Shown here piece by piece: positions 53,302-64,000 of a stretch of DNA of 64,000 bases (positions are counted from its first letter, which is position 1; every line of letters starts with the position of its first letter). Below the pieces are notes generated by a model. It saw only the letters and a list, made by a program, of their open reading frames with translations. It did not search any database and was not told the origin of the DNA. A program made the position numbers and the translations under genes. The stretch is from Gracilinanus agilis. Its lineage: Eukaryota. The DNA lies in assembly GCF_016433145.1 (NCBI RefSeq), contig NC_058134.1:228407011-228471010 (forward strand), in the 5' to 3' direction.

Positions 53302-55991
53302 CTGTTGAGGGCAAAAGGCGTTAGGGAGCCGGGCAAGAGCGGCTGCCCTGTCCCATCAAGAGGGATGGACTGAGATGGACATTGACAGATAAGACACCTT
53401 AATTCTCACTGACAGTCTGAGGAGCTAAAGCAAATGGTTGGTCTCATTGTCTTCAAATTAAATTTTAAGGGGGCTTCCAGACCATAGAAACATAATCACT
53501 TATTGAAAAGAACATTTTAGCTTTTGTTGTCAAAATTTCCTTTTTTGAAACAGCAAGAAATAGTGCTTTTTAAAAAACAAATATTATAGCCTTGTTTTTA
53601 TTTTTTCCTTCTCTCTCACTTTTAAAAGTGAGATGATATCTAATTGTGATGATATTTGATTAGATCATGAGTTTCAGGGATACACCAGGAGAGTGGAAAT
53701 GTTCATATTTAGATAATGAACTCATTAAAAATGAATTTATTATTGGAGGATTTTGATGTGAACAGAGAATAAAGGAAAATAAGTACTATTCATGAGAGGC
53801 AGGGTGGTATAATGGCTAGAGGACTAGCCCAAGAGTCAGGAAGACCCCAGCTCAAGGCATTTATCTGATTCAAGTTGGCTATGTGACTCTAGGCAAGTTA
53901 CTTAGTCTCATAGTGCCCTAGAAGACCCTCTAAGACTATGCCTTGCAGAGTAGGTTCTGCTTTACAATGAAATCAAAGGTCTAGCCCCTACCATATAGGT
54001 ATGTGTGTTTATATAGATGTGTGTTCAAGGGTACATATAGATAGTATTTATAAATGTTTTTCTATAAAACTCTTGGATTTAAACCATTTGTTTGGTAAAA
54101 ACAGGTTCAAAAATCAAATACGTAATCATTTTGAGAAATTATGGACAGCCCACTTGTTCTTCTGTTTTCCATATAATGTTAAAAGATCTAGAAGATGGTC
54201 CTCAACACATTGGGTAGATCGTTGTAATGAACTAATGGAAGTGTATTGAGAAGAACAGCATTAGATGGGCAGGCTTGGGGAGAGCTTCCACTTGATAAGA
54301 TGGAAGAGTCATTAAAATATCAAAGCATCAAAGTGAATACACTTTAACCAAGTTGATGGGTTTCTCTTCATTGAACATTTCAAATTGTTTTTCTAATGGC
54401 TACACTAACATTTTTGGTGTGCTTGATTTTTATTATTGATGGGAATGCGCCCTGGAGGATGCATTTCCCTAAAAGGGATGAGGAACACAAGAAGATAAAA
54501 TTGAAAGTTTCCGTTACCATCATGGCCCGTGAAGCTACCATTCTCTTGGAGGTTCATGACCAACTATGAAAGTAACTTTTTGACGTGGACACATCAGTGA
54601 CCGTGAAAGATCAGAAGGTTTCTAGTGAACCTTTGGTCACTGATAAAAGAACTCCTTCAACTATGTAATGGACAAGTCTACAAGCTGCCCATATATAGAG
54701 ACCAACAAAACTGAACCCTGGCTCAAGATAGAGCGCATTTCAGCATTTTCTTCTGTGACTTTTATGCTGCTTCATTTTACTTTAAAATTTTTGGCTACTT
54801 ACTGTGAATCCTGTTGGTTTAGATGAGACTCTTCCTACTTGAAATCTAATCAAAGCAGCATGGAAACCAATATAAAAACTGAGAGATGGTCCTACATTAT
54901 TAGCCATATCAATTTCTCACAGACCAATATCCTAAACCTTGTATTTGGGGTTATTAGAACGTGGTGTTCCTTTAACGACTCTTCTGACTTTCCTTCTGCT
55001 AGGCTTGAGTTTCAGCCCAGTCACTAAGTAGACCAGGGAAAGAATGCTGCTATAAATTTCTGGCAAAACAGAATGCAGCAGATAAATTCCTGGTATTCAT
55101 TAGGTCAATTTCCCAATGGGGCAGCTCTGCCTCTGGAAGTTTAGAAATGACTTGGACAGGGCGATGTAAAAATGTGTCCCTCAAGGCCAGAGCCCTTATA
55201 TTCAGCTTACTGAAACAATGGCTTTAGCCCCTAAATTGACCAAGGGAAACTCGAAAGCTTAATGAGAAATTGTTTTGAGGTTGGAACATTGGTAATCGTT
55301 CAAAAGATTTCTGAGATCTATCACCTGTAAGCAGTCTTTGCCACAAACCCATCCTCTGAATCTTTCAGCAGGAAGATTGGGAGAATTGCAACCAAAAATG
55401 TGCATGCAATGACATATAGATATATATGTTATTTTTCCCCCCTGAACCAAGTCAAAATGTCACAGGCCTCTGGATACTGTGATAATTGGTGCCACTGAAA
55501 TATTACTTCATTTTGAGGGTTGCCTACTGTTGTGATAAGTCATGCTAAATATCTACACATTGGTACTGGCTTGCCGTAAAATTGGCACGCCCTCATTGCC
55601 ACGTGAAGCCTGTGTGTAGATTTGGACTTGTATTTTTAAAAAATATATATATCTATATGCATACATTTAAGGAGCCATTCTGCTATGTGTAAAAAGAATC
55701 TAGGATGTCAATGCCAATTCAATAATGCTGAACTTGGTGGGGTACTCTGGAGAGATCATTCGAACTTTGGGGGGCCTCAGAAATTTGGGCTAGATCAGAA
55801 GTTCCTAAGCTGGAGTCCATGAATTTAAAAAATTTAATAATGATTTCAAAATAATTGGTTTCCTTTGTAATCCTCCATTTTCATTTTGTGTTTTTAATAA
55901 TATTATTCTGAGACAGGATCCACAGACTTGGCTAGACAGCTCAAGAGGTCCATGGCCCCCCACCAAAAAGTTAAGAATTCTTGGATTAGAC

Positions 55992-56184
55992 CTGTGGTTC
56001 CCAAACTTTTTTGGCCTACCGCCCCCTTTCCAGAAAAAAATATTACTTAGTGCCCCCTGTCACATACTATCACCGCCCCCTTACAGTTATTCACCACCCT
56101 GAAATGCACCTGTGGCCATCACTGCCCTAGTGGATTGCCGCAGCACCCACCAGGGGGCAGTGGCACCCACTTTGGGAATCACTG
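55992..56184. mobile_element. hAT/Charlie-type MITE, same termini as 33992-34184 but a different core
   Basis: TIRs CTGTGGTTCCCAAA...TTTGGGAATCACTG; TSD GATTAGAC/GATTAGAT. Confidence 0.9.
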
Positions 56185-59100
56185 GATTAGATGATCTCTA
56201 AGGCTTCCTAGCTTTCATGTTCTATGACTGATTACTTAACAAGCTGATGAAGAAAGGGCTGGCATCTTTGGTAAGGCTTCTTAAGCTAGCTCTGCCAAAT
56301 TTCCACCTGCTTCCAGACTCTAAACCCATTGGTAATGGCTATAAATATCAAGGAGTGATGATTTTTTTTCCTCTTTCATCCTTTCTTATCCTGACATTCT
56401 GCAGACAGATAACAGGGAGCCAGGCACAAGAGCCACCATTAAGCTGTAGTAGAACCCAACATGAATATAACAGCACCCATTACACCCAGATCTCTACCAA
56501 AGTTTGTGCCCAAGGCAAGCAGCCCAAAACGGGTAGAGGAGGAAGTGGCAGAGGGTCAGGCTGGGGAGGAACTCAGCTGGACTGTGACCCTAGGAAAGGG
56601 AAGAAACAGCCTTCTGAGAGTTTCTTATTCAAAATAATCTTTTCTTGCTAACTAGGAACTAAGTTCAGCTATTTCTGACTTGCAAGAGGACTGCAATTGC
56701 TCTTAGCTCCTACATTTTGGTGTCCCAGAATGAAGTCCAGATTACTTTGACCTTCAGTCCTTCCAAATTCTCTAACTATATCGTCTCGTCTCATCTCATC
56801 TCACCCGAGACATGGATTTATTTACTCGAGTGACAGAATGTTGGAGCTGGAAAGGATCTCAGAGGTCATCTAATTTGACCTATTCTTGAAAAAGGATCTC
56901 TTTATAAAGAACCCAAGTAGCTGTCTAGCCTTCACTTAGGATCCCTAGTGAAGAGGAATTCACTACTTACCAAGATAGCCCATTCCATTTTGGGATAGTT
57001 CTAATTGTTAGGAAGGTGTTTTTTTAAAAATATCAATTCTAAATTTGCCCCCTTTACCTTTCTACTCATTTGTTCTAGCTCTAATGTCTGCTTTTCAAAA
57101 AATAATATTCGATTTTCCCCAACTAGATGTAAAAACAAATTTTTATATTCATTAAATTTTAACTTTCTGCCATTTTAATCAAGAGTAGAGAAAAAAATGG
57201 TCTTATCGAGACATCTCAAATTTCATCTTTTAGGCTGAACTTATATGAACAATACAATCTCCATAAAATTTAAATAATACAACAGTTCCATGAATTAATT
57301 TGTCATATGAATTTTTATGAAGATTAAAGTACTAAAGTGCCTATTATAGGCCATATTCCTATAGAGGACCTGCATCATCTGATTGCACTGTTGGACCTGT
57401 TAGATGTTGGTGGAAGAGCTGAACATCTGGAGATCTTTTCATTTTAAAGAAATTTTGGTCATCATGAAATTGGTGATAATGATATTTTTCTTTATACATT
57501 AATAGAGTAAAAATGGCAACCATATCTTATAATGAAAATGCATGCAATTCACAAAGCCATAGAAAAACTTAGTTAAATATAATGGAAATATATTATTGTG
57601 TTAGTAAAGCAGGCTAAAAGAATATAGTCTTAAAAGATTATACCAGTCTCTTCAATGAAATTTAAAAAAAAACATAGTTAGGGATGTGAAGAGAATGAAA
57701 AGAAGGAGACATAAGCTATACACTTTGTCCATATTTTTCTTTTCCACTTAATTTTTATGGTCATGTGGTTTGGGTTTGGCAATACTTTTCTTTGCCTCTT
57801 CAAATTCCAAGTGTGTGATCAGGTTTTTAAAATAATTTTTATCATTCATAAATCAAATTGTGATTTTTATTTGGTACTTTGTCATATGCTCTCTTGTAAT
57901 GATATTTACTTTTTTGACCTGTTTTTGTCCTAATACTTTGGATGAAACCATATATTTCCTAAGGGCAGAGACCACAACTTAATTTCTTGTTATTCTCTAT
58001 ATATACTATGCTAAATATTCTATAAGTACTAAGTATATATTGAATTTCTTAGTATTCCTCATATTATCTAGCATGGTATTCTACACATAGATACTAAATA
58101 AATGCAGAAACCATAACTGGGATAAACCCTGCAAAAATGACCTCGAATCAATTTTATAATTCAGGATGTGAAAATAATAGGAGCAATTTTAGGATCAATG
58201 CAGCTGAGCAGGAAGAAGGTTTTAGTAACTATGGTAACCAGAGTGTTATCAAAATTTTGTTACTCTAGGACAAAGTCCTGGTAGTCCAGGTCTATTTATG
58301 GCCCCAAGTGTATCAGTGGTCAATATTTTTTGATTGGTTGATTATTGAAAAGGATTCTGTAAAATCCTATGCCAGAATCTTTAAGGGACAGATTCAGAGT
58401 GATGTTTAGAATAAGACTTAAGAGAGAAAAGACAAGCTTAGTTTGTTTCAAGTAAAATTGCATTGGAGAATTCTAGAACTTTTTTTTAATAGAAGAAAAA
58501 ACACAAGGTATGACTTTATGGCAGTAAAGGAAGTCACAATCAGTCCTTCGAATGATTAATTTAGAATAATCAACCTAGTCCTCACTGGGGAGGGAGGTCT
58601 TTTCCTGGGTCACTTCTAGATGTGTTTTGTAAACTGTATACATAACAAAAATTAGCTGCCAAGGACCTGGATTTGCCTCCTGTTTGTTTACTACTTCTCT
58701 TCCCTGAGAGTCAGTTTCCTCCTCTGAAAAATGAAGGTGATGGACTAGATGGCCACCCAGGTCCCTGCCAGCCTTATATCTATGATGCCACGTCCATGCT
58801 GAAACTGTCAAGATTTCTACAGAATGGTCAGTGTTGTACAAAGGAAATAAAAAAGAAGTTGACTTTTATTTTCACTCAACAAGCATTTAAGGTAAGGCAC
58901 AAAAGTCTTCCAGAACCTTTTACGTCCAATGCTAATATGCTGGCTGCTGTGCCATTTGTCAGATTTGAACAAAAGGTATTATCCTGACTAATCATATTGG
59001 ATCTTGTGACAAAGGCGGTGTCCTGAGAAGAACAGGAAAGCAGGAGTCGGATCTAGGTTTCTTCCCTTTCTAGCTGTGTGATATTATTTATTTTTATTTT

Positions 59101-59865
59101 TCAAACCCTTATCTTCCATCCATCTTAGAATCAATATTGTGTTCCGAGGCAGAATATCAGTAAGGGCTAGACGATGGGGGTTAAGTGACTTTCCCAGGAT
59201 CACACAGCTAGGAAGTGTCTGAGGTCATATTTGACATTACTATCTCAGTATGAAAACTCCATTTACCTTGTTTACTTTCTAGGACTAAAGTGAAGATCAA
59301 AAAAAGACCATTTCTGTAAAAGTACTTTGAAAATAAGTACAATAGAAAGAAGAGAAGCAAGTAAAATCTTCAAATCTGATCAATTTTTTTTAAATCAGAT
59401 GTAAGGTACTTAATGAACATCCTATGTTTTGTTTTGATAATTGACTAGAGGTGACAGATTTTCTATGACTGAATTTCTATTAGTCAGTGTGAATTTCGGT
59501 TAGCCTATGTGAATAATAATGTGGCTTATCTTAAAGGTGTGTATCATGTACAGCAGAGATCTGTCTCTATCAGTCTCAATTTTCACATCTTCGCATCCCC
59601 AGACAGTAAAAATAGGAAGCTTCAGAGAAGAATTTTTCAAAACATTTTTGAATATTTAAAGCATTTGCTGAACTTTCAAACAAGCCAAATGGACAGTTCT
59701 TTCCTTTCTCTTTTTTCTTAGTCGATGCTGTTATAGTCTCCAAGCAAAACGTGTTAGGAAAGAAAAAAAAAAGACCATAGACCATTGCTTTTCAACTTGA
59801 CTTTTCTGTGCATGAAGCTAAAGGTTTCCAGCCCACAGCTCCTCACTTCGCCATTTGGTTCTCAC

Positions 59866-59922
59866 CTACGTTTCAGGAGACCACTAAAGTCAAGTTCTCC
59901 TGCATCCTCTTGTCCTTCACCG
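59866..59922 (-). CDS. MYBPC1: MYBPC1 M-motif exon: (S)[18 protein letters not shown](R); symmetric 57-nt exon
   Basis: aacaacag|CGGTGAAG...AAACGTAG|gtgag; phase 2 to 2. Confidence 0.96.
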
Positions 59923-62900
59923 CTGTTGTTAATAAAAGAAAAGCAAACCTGTGTTTACTCACTGAGCCGAAGACCACCATCCATCGCAAACACTCTAGAG
60001 AGAACGTATATGCAATTTTTTTTTTCTCTTGGCACACTAGGAACAGGACTAAAACCAACAACACAAACTTGTATTCTTTTTCACACAAGGGACAGTTGAC
60101 ATTTCTAGCAGGTGCACTTGTGGAAAAGGCAACACAAAGACTTGTGTTATGTTCCAGTTTCAGGAGAGTTTCTGTGATCTGCATCGTGGGAGGGAGGGTT
60201 CCCATCAATGAGATCTCAGATCCAGCAAAGTACCCGTTTTCCGTAGATTGCATATATATCAAGTTGCGTAGATTTGTGTTATGGTCGAGTAACACAAATG
60301 CGTTCAAGCCAACCAACAGAAAGTACTTTGTTTTTGCAACTTTGGGGTCTAGACAAAGGACTTTGGTGATCTCTGTCATACAGGAGACAGAGATTGGCTT
60401 TGTTCTGTCTTTAAGAACTAAGAATACCAATGTCAAAGACATAGAAGGAAGCCTCATAGCCCAAGTGGTGTCAATGAGTAGATGACTCAGAAGACATGTT
60501 CAAAAGAGGGGAAAAAATCTAACATTATGTATGCTTCCAAGGTGGAAATAGAGGGTAGCTTATTTAAAGATGCATTCCTTTTGGTTTCATAGGGGAGATA
60601 ATTCATTTTTTGGTTACTATATACAAAAAACTTGAGCTTTTTTTTTTTAAAGATTATAAAAGAAACAATTTCTTTGAGCTTCACTGAATTAGCAGTGAAG
60701 CTTCTAATATTTATTTGGAAAATCATTTCCTATAGAGGAATGCATCTTAGATTTGGCATGCAGTCACCTTTTTGGCTAGAGATTTAACTGAGACTGAGCA
60801 GAAGCTAAAGAATTGACATCAAAATTGTACCATTTACTTACATGTTTAAAATTTAAAATGGAGGTTTTGTTTCCTGCTGTTACAAATGTTATTTATAGTT
60901 TTCTAAGAAAGCGTCTGTGGGGTTAAAAAAAACAATGTGCATACAATACACAAGTTATAACATTTCCAGGAAAAATACATTTCCCAAAAATTATTTAAAA
61001 TTAATATCAAACATTTAGAGCAAGGAGAGGTCCTTCTGAAGTATGCACATTTCTATGTTTTCCAAAGACAAAATTTTTATTTCTTCTCTTTTTCCTATAA
61101 AATAAACCTGAACAGAATACAAGCTACTTTTTGAGGCAAATATTTGTAGTGCCCTGCTTAAGATATGTGGTAAGAGATAGGGAGGGTACCAGGACTTGAG
61201 ATGTTTGAACATCATTTTTCAAAAAAGAATAAAGAAAGTTACCTAGAAAGTTATTAGGAAATAGCAAAGATTGTTTCATTTGTTGGTTCATTGATTTAAC
61301 AAACACTTATATTTTCATTGACCAAAGCAGTAGAGGGCAAAAGTAGGCTTAAAACAAAAAAAAAATTAAAAATACCTAATCACAGTTTTAAAAAATTGCT
61401 TTGAAACAAAGATTCCAAATTAAGATAGCTTTAAAAAATTAATGAATAAAATGCAGATGCTACATAGGGCAAAACATTAAACACGATTAAAGAGTTATTA
61501 TGCTATCAAATGAACTTTCATCAGTCAAGGAATGGCAGTAAGGAGCAGGGCTATTTGTGGTGTGAGTTTCTTCTGCAAACTGTGTAAGCTCCTTTCTAAT
61601 CCATCTATTCTGGCCAGATTATTATTCATCCCTTCCATACTTGCCAAAGTCATATCAGATGTCTATGTTTTGCCAAACTCTGGTTTTCTTTATTCTGCTA
61701 TTCAGTACTCTAATTTGGGTAATGCCGTATTTAAATGATGCCAATTTCCATGACTGGCCACTTGTTAGGGGCTTTCTGATGTCAAAGTTAAGAGTTTATA
61801 AAATGTTTTGAAGGCTTTCTGATCTTTAGATGAAGAGCAACATAGATGGGAAATCTTTGGTACCACCTACCTTATGCCTTGTAAAGGAAAAATACATAGA
61901 TTTAAAAAGGAATGAAGAAACACATTCCTAGCCTTATAAGCTAAACCCTGTGCCATGCTTTATGCATGACTACAATACAGTTTTCATATATTGGCTCCTT
62001 AGATTTGCTTATATAATGAGGCTATTTTTGAAGGAAAGTCCTTGAAGGTGAGAAAGTATGTCTATAAGTAAGTCATTTTCCAACTGGCACAGGATTATTT
62101 GACCCAACTTCACAGGGGATTGGCCTTCTCAAGACTGATTGGGGAAATTCCCATGATGTCAATTGACTAGACAAGACTAGACCGTTTCTAGGAGCACAAC
62201 AGGTCACTAACCTCAAAATGGTCACTTAGTTGACAGGCCACTGGGTAGGTGTTTGATGGACCTCTGTTCTGACCCTATCTGCCTCTCAGAAGGTGTTTGT
62301 CTACATGATTAATTCAATGTGACCAATGGGGGACATTTTGTCTTAAGTAATAAGGATCTTTTCTAATATTGGATCAGGAGTAAATTTGTCCCAAGAAGGC
62401 ACTTGAAAGTACTATAACTATAAAAAAATGGATTGTAACAATGTTCATATCTAGAAATGTTGAGGGTGATTTAAGGTGATTTCATTCATAATCCAATCTA
62501 AGAGCTCCTGAGCTCAGGGAGAAGGGGGCAAAAAAGAAATTTTTAAAAAAGTTCTTAAGGTCTAGGGCCTTCCTAATTACATGGAGATAGTAGGGTAGTG
62601 GAAAGAGAACTCATCTTGGAGTGAGGAGGACCCGGGTTCAAACCCCACCTTAGACACTCACAAGCTATTGGACCCTGGACAGATCACTTAACCTCTCTGG
62701 GCCTCAGTTTTCTCAACTGAAAAATGATCATAATAACACCTGTCTCTTAGGACTGTTGTGGGAGATAAATGGAACAGCATATGTAAGGCATTTTTTAAAC
62801 CTTAAGGAGTTACATAAATGCTAGTTCTGTGTGTAGTGCTTGAGTAGCTCTTAGACAAACTGATTCTCTATTCTGTTACTGAGCAAAGGCTTAGAGATTG

Positions 62901-63340
62901 AAAAAAAAAATGGAAAGATGTTTCCCTTCTCTAGATGATGACCATGAGACACTATGGAGGGGAGCAACCTCTCAAAAGTTAAAATTTTAAAACACTTTTG
63001 TGTGTAGTGGTCTTATTGTGTACATATAATCTGCGAAAAATAAAACTGTTTCCGGATGAAAAACGAAGTCTTTTGAAGATCAGTGTGACCACTGGGAAAA
63101 TGTGGGTGTGACTAGAACAAATTCATTCTAAGGTTGAGAATACATTAAATTTGACATGACCCTTTCAGCCAACCCCAACCCCAATCCCATCACTAGCCTT
63201 CCAGTTAATCTCCTCGACTATTTGGGAGGTACGTGACACATGGGAGACCAGTGATATGGAGTCCTATCCATGGGATGTGCAGTGATGAGGAGAGGGGAGC
63301 AAGAATCCTATGCATTCCCAAAGCGCCCATTGGAAGTTAC

Positions 63341-63392
63341 CTTCTTTTGAAAGCAGATCTGATATCAATGTTTGGAGTGGTTCCAGTAGATT
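63341..63392 (-). CDS. MYBPC1: MYBPC1 exon, start of M-motif: (E)STGTTPNIDIRSAFKR(S)
   Basis: ttttaaag|AATCTACT...AAAAGAAG|gtaac; 52 nt, phase 1 to 2. Confidence 0.95.
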
Positions 63393-64000
63393 CTTTAAAA
63401 GAAAAGAAAAGCACAATGTTAATGGCCATGAAGAAAAGGGTCTTGGGTGTGATGCTTTCTAAGATATGAACATTCATCAGATCTTAAATGGTCCAGGTGG
63501 AGGGAAGGTGGGGAAGATCTTTGCAGAGATAGACCATAGGGGATACAGCTTGGTACAATGGAAAGAGAGTTCGGTTTGGAGCTGGAAGAGCCAAATTCCA
63601 ATTCTGCCTCTACTACTTGTCACCTGGGTTACCCTGAAGACATAGCTGAATGTTTCTGGTCCTCACTTTCTTCATCTATAAAATAAGGGGGTTGGATTAG
63701 CTGAGGTTCTATCTGGTCCAACCTCCCATACAGTGAGAAAATCCATTCCATATCATTTCAGACAAAGAAGTCAAACTTCTTGAAAACTCCAGTGATAAGA
63801 AGCTCACTCTCTTGTGAAGCAGTTTTTGTCATTGTTGGGGAGCTTAGACTGATGGGAAGGTCTTTCTTACGAAGAATCTAAATCTTCCTCCTTGTACATG
63901 GAAGTGAAATGAGTATTGGCTTCCTCTTGCCACTGACACTTATAGCTTTGTGACCTCATTTAGAAAAATCAATTCATCTCTCTGGGCCTCCCTTTCCTCA

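Noticed and set aside
57340-57700. Possible decayed hAT transposase fragment
   Set aside because: Only vague resemblance to the dimerisation motif; frames have stops and I found no TIRs

Overview
This is eukaryotic DNA, not prokaryotic: it is an intron-rich marsupial locus. The SINE1_Mdo-type, MAR1 and L1 repeats point to a didelphid opossum, probably Monodelphis domestica. Almost the whole window is the middle and 3' part of MYBPC1 (slow skeletal myosin-binding protein C) on the minus strand. I traced 22 exons from 63392 down to 8172, all with GT/AG boundaries and consistent phase (2931 nt, about 977 codons, from the C1/M-motif boundary through C10). Three alternative C-terminal exons follow (5979-6037, 4095-4137, and a terminal exon with tandem acceptors at 2681/2662), then an AATAAA at 2452-2457. 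The 5' exons lie beyond position 64000. Introns hold SINEs, MAR1/MIR, CR1/L3, L2, a 1.7-kb L1 fragment, solo LTRs and hAT MITEs with target-site duplications, plus three assembly gaps. Nearly all other six-frame ORFs look like noise. I found no RNA genes, CRISPR arrays or clearly new gene system. The best leads are: a multi-frame C-terminal splicing module, candidate unannotated microexons, QKI/RBFOX motifs beside cassette exons, an inverted SINE pair with an apparently homogenised 43-bp stem, a CpG-retaining 3' end, and hAT MITEs of a type linked to horizontal transfer. Comparisons to human MYBPC1 and repeat family names come from memory, not from a database search.
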